Shown piece after piece: positions 47,101-59,100 of a stretch of DNA of 64,000 nucleotides. The notes under the pieces are model-generated. The model saw only the letters and a list, made by a program, of their open reading frames with translations. It was not told the DNA's origin and ran no database searches. The stretch is from Candidatus Omnitrophota bacterium (lineage in GTDB: Bacteria > Omnitrophota > Gorgyraeia > Duberdicusellales > 4484-171). Numbering within the stretch: the stretch's first letter is position 1; each line of letters begins with the position of its first letter. The stretch is taken from NCBI GenBank assembly GCA_043823745.1, contig JBDRAN010000035.1:13795-77794 (forward strand). Direction: 5' to 3'. Position numbers and translations under genes: made by a program.

Positions 47101-50100
47101 GGAAGATTCTTAGCGACAAGGATTGGTATGGTCGTACGTTGTGGCACATTTTGCTTTAATATATTTACTAATATTTCGGCGGCTTCAGTCCCCTCAACCC
47201 TTCTTTCCAGCTCGTTTAAAGCGTCGTCAAGGAGATTCTGCAGTTTATTTCTACCGATTGTTGGCTTATTTATGCGCCGCTTTATCCTTTTCTCTCTGTC
47301 AGTTTCGAGTAAGACTGGACCGAGAATGCTGTCATATATTAACTTTTCAACCGACAGCTTTTTTATTCCAGGAGTTGTAAGCATAGCCTTGAAACCGTCC
47401 CCGGATAATAAAGCCTCCTGAGTCCCTGATCTATCGGCAGCCTCAAATAGTCGCCTTGTCCCTACAGGACTATTTATTAAACTGGCGCTTTCCAGTGCCG
47501 GCGAGCTGGCCTCGTCTTTATTGTGCGTATTGTCCCCTTCGGGGAGGCTCCGCCTGCCCTTCTGGGCGGCTCCGCGCCGTATTGCGTCAGAACCCGGTGA
47601 GCTTGCCTGAAAAGGTTCCGGGGATGAGGATTCACGCCTCTTTTGTATCAACCTGGAATATTCAGGATCGCGCGGCTTCATAAGCCTCTCGTGCCGACGC
47701 TGCATTACAGAAGAAGAAGATTGTTGTAAAACATTATCTTCCCTCTTCCCGGAAGCCAAATCGTAATCCTGCTGGCTCAGTTTCTCAAGGTGCGCCGTAA
47801 CTTTAACAATTTTTCTTGTTGAAGGTTCCCCTAAAGAGCTTGAGCTCACGTTACGTTTTGTCGGAGAAACAGTTGAACCGGAAGCACTACGAGTCGCACC
47901 GAGCACATGGCTACGTATCTTTCGTTTGACTAAAGCAAGATTCCTTGGGGTATTTTTCTCAAAATCATTCTTGGTAAAATAAAACGGCGGGTACCCGTTA
48001 TTTATCAAAAAGAAGTTCATTAAAAACCAGGCAAGTCTATGGTGCCCTTCGTTGAACGGCGGAATCCCATCCCAATAGCAAAATCCCTCTCCCGATAATA
48101 TCTCCTCATGAAACCGGAACTTATCCGTAGGATAAAGATATATTTCCCTTGCGAGTTCTACGACCCTGTCTATACCTTCTGCTTGCACCCGGGAATTAAC
48201 CATTTCAACCAGATACGGCAAAGGTTTAAATGGGTTCGATAGGGTGCGAATTCTTTTCTGGCGCGTTTCATTGAGATTAAGCTTCCTCTTCTGTTTGCCT
48301 GTCCACCCTGTGGCAACCTCTGGTTGTTCTTTTACTGTTCTCTTATCTCCCATCATCAGTTCATACAAAATAGCGATATTCCTATATGTTATCCTTTCTT
48401 GTTGCGTGACGACTCTATTAAAATAAGAAACTGCTTCAAGAAAATCATTAAGAAAATTTCCTTGCCGTCTCTCTCTAAGAGACGGTACAGATGCAAATAA
48501 CGCACGTATTCTTTCGGGATCGATTGTATGTACGACTCTCTTAATAGATGAGGAACCGGTCGTGCTTGAAGCGGTGCCCTCACCTATTATAGCCGGAGCA
48601 TTTTTATCACCAAAACCCACGTCCGCGGAAAATTTATATCCCAATGCCTTGGCCCGCTCGACTACCGAGCCCATACCAATACCGATAACGACTGATGAGC
48701 TTGCTGCCTGACCAGGAACGCTTGCCGTTGGCTCTGAGATAAGTTTTTCGATGAGCTCTTCGTGCTTTCTGATAATAGGCTCATGAGCAAAGCGCTCCAT
48801 GACAAACGGCCGCGCGGCGCGGCCCATGGCTCGGGCTCGCGCGGGGTTATCCAGAAGAAACCGTAACGCACGGGTAAGCGAATTAATATCAACGCGGCTA
48901 TGGAACTTATTCGTGCATTCGATAACATCAACGAGTATGCCGGTTTTACCAGGGATAAATACTTCGAGATTCCCGCCCCGATTCGTGGTAACGATCGGTT
49001 TTCCCATAGCATGAGCTTCAAGAATAACTCCGGAAATACCTTCGTTAAAGACCGTAGGGAATGCTACGATTGACGCTGCATCAATGTGATCTCTCATTTC
49101 CTCTCTGCTATGAACCGGGTTGAGTATCTTTACCACATCGTGCAAGCCATGGCGCTGCATATAGATTTGTATATTCTGCAGGTATCTTCGTTGCAGATGT
49201 TCGCCCAGAATAATCACCAAGAAACGGTAATTCATATCCTTGAGCCGGTGTGCGGCTTTAACCAGCTCGAAGATTCCTTTACTTGCCACGATACGGCTGG
49301 GAGAAAGAATAATCGGTTTTTGATCGCACCCAAGCTTTTTACGGATCACTCCAGCGCGGGCAGGATCAGAAGAAAAAATGTCCAGGTCACGAAGGCCCGG
49401 TATGTGTACGACATCACGAGCAAACTTTTTGCGTGCGTCCCGCGCACCCCGAGCCGATATGGTCACCAATTCGCTTGCTCTGCTGATCACTTCTTCGAGG
49501 TTTCGCTGACGGCTCGAGTCATCGGTAATCAATTCTCCTTCGTGCCACTGGACTAAAAGCGGTATGGCCCGCTGGGCTGCCATGCGGCTGGCTTCAACCG
49601 CTAAACTACTTTTGGGACTGTGAATACGGACCACATCGATTATCTCCCCCCTTTTCTCTCCCATCAATGCGGCAACACGGGCAAGAATATCTTTTTTAGT
49701 AGTTTCGCCGTATTGGTGGTATCGGTGATGAATAATCCGGGAGGATCCTACCTGCTCAACAAAACCGCGGTCGGATTGCTGGCGAGGGACTTCATAGAAG
49801 ACATGTGTGGTAAGATTCTTATGGCGTGATGATAAGGCGTGGTTAAGGGCCACCAGATGCAAGGCTTGACCAGTGGGACTGGCGTAATGATTGGTCATCA
49901 TCAGGATACGTTTCCCGGAAAGGCTCGATGAAAATGCTACCCTCGGCGGGCCGCGGCGACTAATTGCACCTGACAAAGCTTCTAATCGACTACGCGCACC
50001 AGGAAATGGGCGCCGCGCAAGAGATCGATGCAGAGCTACTTCTTGATATATTCTCTTTGCTCTGGGCAATGAAAGCATATATATATAGGAAAGCGGCGAC

Positions 50101-53100
50101 AGATGGAGTCTTTCGGGCGCGGCCTCAGGAATCCCGCGATGCGTATCAGGTACCGATGTCACAACGGCTGACTTGACTGAGGTTAGTGAACTGCTGCTAT
50201 TCTTTGTAGCTCTTGTTGGGCTGCGCCCCAGCGCGTCCCGTAGGGGACTGCGCCGCAATTCAGCCATTACGTCGTCAAATATACCCCTGAAGGCTGATAT
50301 AACAGGAACAATACACCGCTCTATCTCTGCTTGCGAAGGAGCTCTGTGATGGGAGAGACGACGCGCCCATCCCGAGAATTTACCTGAGAGCGTTTTTTCT
50401 ATTTCCGTAACAAAAAGGGTAGGTAAATATTCATCTAAAGCCTGCCTCAATACAATACCAACAACATCAGAGGACAGACGACGCTCAAGCTCTTGTCTAC
50501 GGGTAGCTTTAGCTTGCTGCAATTGCCTCTTATCAGCCAATTGCGCAGGCGCACTATTCGCAAGCCAAGCCTCTACTTTCCTGTCAAGGTAGTAGCCTCT
50601 AAAAAACGTGTCGCGGTCCGGCCTGGCGTAATTCTTAAGCGCCTCCATCATGAAAGCAATAATCGACTTTTCGATAAAAAATACATTGTCCGGTTTCCTG
50701 ATGTGGTGACAATTAAAGGTAGCTCCCCACCGCGCGATGAACGGTAGAATAGTTTTTATGACTTCTGACAATCTATTTTGAGTTTTCTCCTCAAACAGCC
50801 TCATCGCTCGACTATGCTGTCTATTTTTTGTAAATACAGCAAGCGCCTCTTGTTGTACGTCACTATAAAAAACCTGAATTGACCTCTCCAAAATGTTCAG
50901 GGACTCAGGGGAAAAATTTTTCCTAAGCACACCAAGTGATTCATTTACTCCAGAGCCAGCTACTCCACTTAATCGAGCCATTCGCTTGATGAGGGAACCG
51001 ATAATCTCTAATTCTTCAACAATCTCCTTGTGAGGCTTCCTCTGCGAAGCGGAACTAGAAGAATTGCAGTTAGACTTTGAATTGTGATTTTTCAAATCTA
51101 CCGATGAGCTACTGCGCGGATACCCTTTACCCATGCGCGGATGAGTTATCTGCAAGAGATTAGTATGCGCGACCCATTCGGCTCCTTGTGGTCTTTTCCC
51201 GATCGTTGTACGGCCATCCTCTGTGCTCACCCATACGGGAAATCGCACATCGGCGGCATCAGCCGACAGTTCGGCCTGGCGTGCGGAGGTGGCTTGATCT
51301 AATGCTTTGCGTTTAAAATCATCCCACCGGCCGGGGCTCCATATTTCAAGACGGTCGCCAACGCCGACAAACACTGCGATATCGGCCAGGCCAGCGAATT
51401 CCCGTAAAGCACGCGGTATATGTAATCGAGAATTCCTGTCTATCGCAGCCATGGGTATTCTGTCTTGTGGTTTTTTATCTCCGAAACAAAGATAGCCTTC
51501 ATCTCCTTTATATAGATAAAGCTTGGAAGAAGCCAAATCCTTCCGCCAGGCCGCGGGAATTAACAGCCGGCCTCGGTCGAGTGAGCGCGAATGCGTACCG
51601 ACAAAGATTCTTGAGGAAACCGATGAGCTGCCATAACGGGGTACAATACTGCTTGAAGCAATAAATTCTTCTGCCAGACCCTTAATATAGGAAGATGCTT
51701 CTTGGTCCTCGAACTCTTGAGGTGTTTCCCCAATCAGCGCATCTTGGTATCTTCGTGGATTGATTTGTAAAAACGGGATACCTTCACGAGCATGCGAAGT
51801 TACGTAATAGCGGTGAGCGGCTTGTTTACCATAAGGCACTACATAGAGACTCTCGGCTGCGGTTTTAAGCGCTGCCAATACGGTTCTTTCTTTTTCCGAA
51901 GAGGCACGAGTAGACATCGCCTCATGCAATATCCTTTGCGCGCTGTCAAGATAGAGGGCGCCGTCATCGGCAAGATCCCCAAAACGTATTGTACTCTTAC
52001 GCCTCAATAAAGCAGTCACCTCTTTAGAAGTAACAATTTCCGCCTGCTCGCCCAAATGTTTATTCATCATGAACGTAAGCGCATGCACAAGGCTATTACG
52101 CTGTTCAAATACCTTAAGCCGTTGTAGAAAATCTTGAACGTTGCCAAGCCCTGTCTGTTGAGCGAAAAAATCACCGATTAAGCCAAAAAAACCGAGTGAA
52201 GATGCGCGAGGTTGATACTGCGGGCTTGAACTGTCTGCTGCTTGCGGCGAGCTGGCCTGGTAAAGGCGTTTTGCGTCCGCGGGGCTTTGCACCTGTTGTG
52301 CCCGAAGGTTATTCAAAGGACTAGAACTCTTAAGAGAGTCCGCTATAAGTGTTTCTATAAAACCTCCCTCATTCTCTTCCGCTCCAATCATTCGCGCACG
52401 ACCGAATTGTTCATTCCTAAACGCAGATGTTGTGTCGTTAAAACCATAGTGAAGAAAACGTCTCATGCCGGCTTCTTTTGCAGCAGGAATGTACCGGTCA
52501 ACCTGATTATCAATAAACACCGGGTATTTTGGCTCGCCATACTGCTTTCTATATTTATCAAGAGCAATCTCAAATATTTTTTTCCCGTCCGATTTCACGG
52601 TTCCATGTTCACCGGTAATCACAATTAAGTCCGGATCGATAAGGCCCGGGTAACACCGATCAAATAGTTTCATCATCCACTTTCTGCCAGCCGCCTCAAA
52701 GTTCGATATAACTCCGAATCTTATTCCTCTCTCCGATTGAACTCTCAATAAATCATCGAGCCTTTCTTGAATCCATGGATTTGCGCTCATGGGGCCGAAA
52801 TAGGCCTCCTCAAACTCATCTTGAGTAACCGGCCGAACTGCACCGTAACCTAACAAATACCTACTGATAAGGTCAACCCAACGCTTAAACGTTTCTGGGT
52901 TGCGATGTAAATCATGCCGGGCAATTATCTCAGAACCTTCATCAACTTCTTCCGGCGGAATGATCAGTCGGTGTAAACCCTCTCTGAAACTCGGCTTTTT
53001 CTCCGTTTGCCACCCTTCACTATCGGTTAAACCTGAATATGTTCCTAATCTTCTGAGTGTTTCATCGAAGAAATCTTCAATCTGAGTGCCTAAAACCCGC

Positions 53101-56100
53101 CCATAGTCAAAAAATACAATGTTGGTTTGTCTACTCTGTTGCGGAGAACTGGCAGCGGCAGGATTATAAGGTATTTTAACCGCGACAAAAGGATTTTGGC
53201 CGGTGCTTTCGGAAGGCGAGCTGCCCCTTGTTCGTCGTGCGTATTGAGTATCGAGTATTGAGTTTGAATCCGACGAACTGGCGGCAGGATCGGAAAAAGG
53301 CCGCTGTCCCATTTTTTCTGTTCTGCCATTTAGCCCTAAGCCCCTGGCCGGCGACGAGGCGGAAATAATAATATTTGGCAACATTACAGTGACTGTAGTC
53401 CCCACATTTTCCGTGCTATCAATTGTTACTGTACCGGATAACCGACAAACTATAAGTCTAACCCAATTAAGCCCTACCCCGCCTCTATGACCAGGATAAA
53501 TAAAGCTTCTTTTAGCATTTTCGGCTCGATACCCGTTCATTTTCCGAACCAGTTCTAGCTCTGCTTGAGGAATACCAATACCTTGATCTCTCACTAGAAG
53601 AGTTAAATATTTACTTTTTGAACCATAATCAATATCAATTGCAATGACCGTCTCAGGATTATCTTTTTTACAGTATTTATAGGCATTTTGAAATAAGTGA
53701 TACAAAATACTTGTCACCTGTTTAAATAAAGCTTCATCTAAAATCTTATCTGCCAGGCCATCAGGAATGGAAATCATAACTCTAAACTGCTCTAAAACCC
53801 TTGCTGTTTTGATTACCTCATCCACGGTAACACTCATAGATAAAGAAACGTTTTCACCGCTTAAACCGGCTAAAATCATATTCCTTCTAGTCGGATCTTG
53901 AGGAATAAAATGCTCCACAATTACATGCGGAACAATCTGCTGCAGAGAGCGAACATCTCCTTTATAAAGCCCCACAAGTTCTCCTATACTGTAACATTTC
54001 TCACCCGGTGAGCTGGCTTGGGTTTCAATTGCTGTTTTACCACGAATATTTCTTAGGTTGTTCGAGGAATTTTTTTGGATAAACTGTCTTAAGATTGATT
54101 CCCTGGGAATTACGACATCAACGGGGGCGAGACGAACCGGTTTCAAAAGAGAAATCAACCTCCGCATAACCGTCAACATCTCCTCCTGTCTCACTTCTTT
54201 CAAGTCACTCTGCAATATACCCCAAACTTCTCTTTTGAGTATAGGCAATTCATAAGGCGCGTAGGCTTGAACGGTCACATCGGCATGTACCCACTGCGGA
54301 TAGAGGTCATCAAGCATCTGTCCGTGTTGTTTTAAAAAAATGGCAATTGTATCTTTTGGTTTTTGCTGTTCAGTGAGCCACTTGTCCAGAATCTCCCGGA
54401 GCAGGCGCGCATGAAGAGACGTAAAGGGATAGTTTCCTTTCAATTTTAAACTGGGCGCGGTATTGACAAAAACCTTAAACACAGGTACGCTTTTTGCGGA
54501 AAGCTCTTTCAGTAATCCAGGAGAGAACGCCTCGATACCTTCAACAATCAAGGTTTCATCGGCGGCAAGCCTTAAACTGCGCGGGTTGACTGAACCGTAA
54601 TAATACTGCTCGGCGCAATTTAAGTTAACCCTGGCACCGCCTAAGAGGCCGATAACGTCAGTGGGGGCATGATAATCGAGGTGCAAGACTTTGGCTTTTT
54701 CACCGTTCCTTAGGAGCTCGCGTTTCAGATTGTGGGAAAAAGCTGCTTTTCCTACGGCCAAAGGACCGGTTACCAGAACCACCCCCCGTTCGTGAAAGAA
54801 ATTCTTGGCAATCTGGACGGTAATTGAACGCAGGCCTTCCTCAGCGCGCTCCTCCACGGCCTTGATAAGCTTCTTTAACCGCCCCTCGTCAACAAAAGAA
54901 TTTAACTCTTCAAGCGTATCTGGAAAATGCAAGCTGAATTTAGCCACGTAGGGATGACGGCCGTTCTTATACCGTACTTTCAATCGGTTATCAGCGGCCA
55001 CACAGGCGTCGCTGACTTTCATCACAGCCAGGATCATTGCCGCGGCGCGCAGGTCCACATGGTAAGCTTTTGCCACTTTTATTACCTGCTCAAAAGCATT
55101 GACCATCCGCTCCTGGAGCATCTTATCCACTGCGATCAGGTGCCAATGCTCATCCTGTATATTCTGGGCCCATTCAAAATAAGATACTGTTACCCCACCG
55201 GAATTGGCTAAGATATCCGGCACAATGAGTATGCCTCGCTCAAGAAGAACCTCTTCAGCTTCGGGTGTAGTGGGGCCGTTTGCACCCTCAACTATCAAAC
55301 GGGCTTTAATCCTTTCGGCGTTGCCGGCATGAATTTGATTTTGGACTGCCGCCGGAATTAGGATATCAACCTTGGCTTCGAGAACTGCTCCGCCCGCTAC
55401 CCGGACAACATCAGGATAATCAAAATCCTTAAGCTTCCTACCTTGAGAAAGGTATGTCTCTAAAATCGCAAGGAGTCTATTGTTTATTCCTTTAGGAATA
55501 TGAATTCCTCCAGAATCATCGCTGATATAAAAAATCTTACGGCAGCCGCTTTTCTGTAAAATTTTAATCAGCTCAAAGCCAACATTGCCTGTGCCCTGAA
55601 TAGAGTAACTACATTTTCTAAAATCTTGAGGAAGTTTAAGCTTTTGAGCGTAACACCGCACAGATTCGCGGATAATAAAATAAAGCCCCTGGCCGGTTGC
55701 TTTGCCTCTTCCCTGCGAACCGCCGGCACTAAGAGGTTTACCGGTAATTACCGCCGGTTGCGGACCTTGAGCTTTAATTTTTTCATATTCAGATCTCATC
55801 CAAGCCATATATTGAGGGTCAACGCCGACATCAGGTGCCGGTATATCGCTGAATGGACCGATTGCCTCAGGATCTTTTTTGAGCAGCTGGCGCACATAAC
55901 CGCGGCAAAGTGTTTCCATTTCAGTCAGGGAAAGCGCCTGAGGATTAACGACAATGCCTCCCTTTGCCCCGCCAAAAGGAACGCCGACCACCGCTGTTTT
56001 CCAAGTCATATCCGTAGCCAAGGCCCGTATCATACCGCTGGTAACTGCCGGATGAAACCGAATTCCACCCTTACCTGCGCCCCGGGCCTTGTTATGGCAA

Positions 56101-59100
56101 ATACGGTAGCCTTTAAAATACATGGTCATTCCCTCTTGCTTAAAACAACCGGTATTGCTACGGGTCCTTGAGCCTTTATCCGTTTTAACCGGAATATCTA
56201 CCTCAACTACTTTGGCCGCATGAAACAATTTATTAAGAATCTTTCTGTCAAGCTTTATTCTTTGAGCAATGGCAAACAGATGTCGGGAGACATTTCTAAA
56301 ATAAGCATCGTCTAAATCGTCTTTGTCCCGCCGGCTCAACCTAAGGCCTGCTTTATGGGCTAAAGCAACAACCGCGGCTTTTTCCTCTGCCGGCGAACTG
56401 GCTGCCTTCCTGGAATGGAAAAAAACGGCGATTCCAGGCATAGTGCCTGCCCCATGAATATCCACGCCATCCAGAACCTGCATATTTTCCTTCATCAATC
56501 TGCCTTGAACGGGATTAATGAATCCCATTCTTTTTTCCCCATTATCTATAGTAGCTACGGCAATGCCCAAGTGTAAATGCGGCTGCACGTCGCTGGAATT
56601 ATGGAAGGCTATATGCCCCACGATAGTTTTACCGGCCTTTACCTCATCGCCCACTCGTAAATTTCCCGGAGCAATATGCCCATAAAATATATCCGCCTTC
56701 TGCTGATAATCAACTACCACTTGCTCATTGCCAACATAAACAACACTGCCGTCGCAAACCGCTCTCACGGGCGTACCTACAGGAATCTTTTTTGCGGTAT
56801 AACGCCGGCTGCCCTTGCTATCAACCATGTAATATACCCAATCCAATCCGGTATGTGGCTGAACCCGGGAGGCAAAACCATGAAGATAATCCCAGGTCTG
56901 CGTGTGTCCGAAGAGGCTTCCCTGAGGAAAAAACCATCCTATGCAGTCATCAGGCACATCCACCCTGTCAAATGGAGAATGAATAATTATATCCCCGGGA
57001 GAACTGATCACCGAGGAAGAACCTCCACCTGATTCCCCTATCTTTATCGCTCTTTTATACAAATGACGACTACCCCGGCCTTTCAATCCCAACACACGGG
57101 TAGGAGTACTCGTTCCCGACCGGTTCCACGCTTGGGTAGTCTGCAACCCCAATTCATAATCCGGGCTGATCCAAACCCTGTTACCTGAGGCAGCGTCGAT
57201 CTGCAAGCTCCTGCAAGAGATATTTCCTCCTGTACAATAATCACAGCGTACTCCTTCATTCTGAAGAGAGGAACTTACGTTTCGAGGCATATTCTTATAT
57301 GCCTTATAATACTGAATACCGACGCGGACATCGTCCTGGCACAGTTCTACGTCAAATTTTAATTTATCCCTGAAAAATTCACCGTACCCTTGAGTATCGG
57401 AACATAACCAATACGTAACAAGCTGCTCTACGCCTATATTTTCTAAATATCTGACAAGAACGGAATACCAGGCTGTCCCGGTTTTGACTTCTTTATTGCC
57501 GCGGACGCTTTTATCTAACGCTAACCTGAAATAAGCGCTCTTTTTGTAAACACAGATAGAAAGATACGCGAGCTCATTCTGTTTGTAACGCAAACTAAAC
57601 GTAAGATAGTCATCTATAAATTCATCTAAACCAAACCACATTGCCTGCCAGTCTTCCAGTTCTAACCGGTGCCCCGGAGAAACCACAACGGTGAGTTTAT
57701 TTTCCGATTCGGGAAGACGTTTTGTTATTTCATCAACGGGGAATAACAACGCAGGGTTTTGTTTTATCTTCTCAAGAGACTCCGCGGAAAATCTATATAC
57801 ATGCTTGCTGGACACTGACGAGCTGGCTGGAGGTGAACGCCCCGGCCTGCTTTTCCAAGACAATAAATCAATCATATCGTTGGTGTCCTGAACAAAAATT
57901 ACCTTTACCGGCGAACTAGTACACTCTGCGTCTAAACTTGAAACCTGATTAATTCCGTTTATAAAATCATCCGTGCTCATCCAGTAATAGAGTTTTATCC
58001 TTACATATTTATTTTCAGTATTTTCCTGTCCCTTCCGCGTTCCGTTCAGATACACCGCCACTTCATAATCCCTAAACCCTCTTCTCAAAGCATCCTCTTG
58101 CTCTAATGTCCGGCCTTCCCCGCTCTTAACCAAAGCAATAACATCATTGATGGGGTATTTATCTCCGGAGGGAAAATGGAATACCTTATCGGCAATAATG
58201 TGATATGAAACACTTGTGTGGTCTCTCTTCTGCCAGTCGAGGATCGAGTGAAACGCGCGGCGCAGGCAAAATCCCGCATCATAATAACTACCGCAGAAAA
58301 CCACATTGCAATCCCTCTCTTTAGAACGCACCGGCCAACGGATAAATGCGCTCCTCTCGATTTCCCCGGCCGCGGAAGGAATAGCGACAGGCTTTAGTTT
58401 CTCTGCCTGTTCGAAATCTAAGGGATACATTAAAATGAGCTTCTGTCCGAAGATAACGCCTCTTTTCTCTAAAGCATTAAGAAGCCAATCATAATCCCGG
58501 TGTTGATGAGCCTCAACGCCCACCGTGAATCGTGAGTCAAGAACCACTCTACTCTCACCGGAGGCGGCAAGCTTACGTGTCACTGACGAACTGACTCCAG
58601 ACGCATCATGTGCGCCCTGCTGAGCCATGAACTTATCGAAATATGCTGCTAGCGTTTCGTGCGTCCGGGCTGCTGGAATATCGGTATCCCGAAAACCTGC
58701 GGAGCTTGCGACAGCGTACAACGGCTCTCGGGCATATTCAGGCTCGCGCCAGAAATAATCTGAAGTTACCGAGGGTTCGGCTTGGCGCCAGGCAATGAGG
58801 AGCGCCCCTCCCTGGAATTGCGAGAATGGATAGCCGACAGGAATTTTTTTACGTGCAACTACGGTAAATCCTTTGTTCTTGAGCTCGCGTTTTATTTCTT
58901 TATCTTTTCCGTTTGCAATGTCTTTTGGTTTGACAGAAACAAGCAGTAAGCCTTCATGCGCGAGAACGTTCACAGCTTGCATAAGCACTTCTGTGTCAAC
59001 CGCGCCATGAAGAATGATGATATCGCATGATGCCGGAAGATGTTTATTTTTCCCTGATACCCACCTAAGCATAATGCTCCTTGTTTCTTCACCGACCTCA

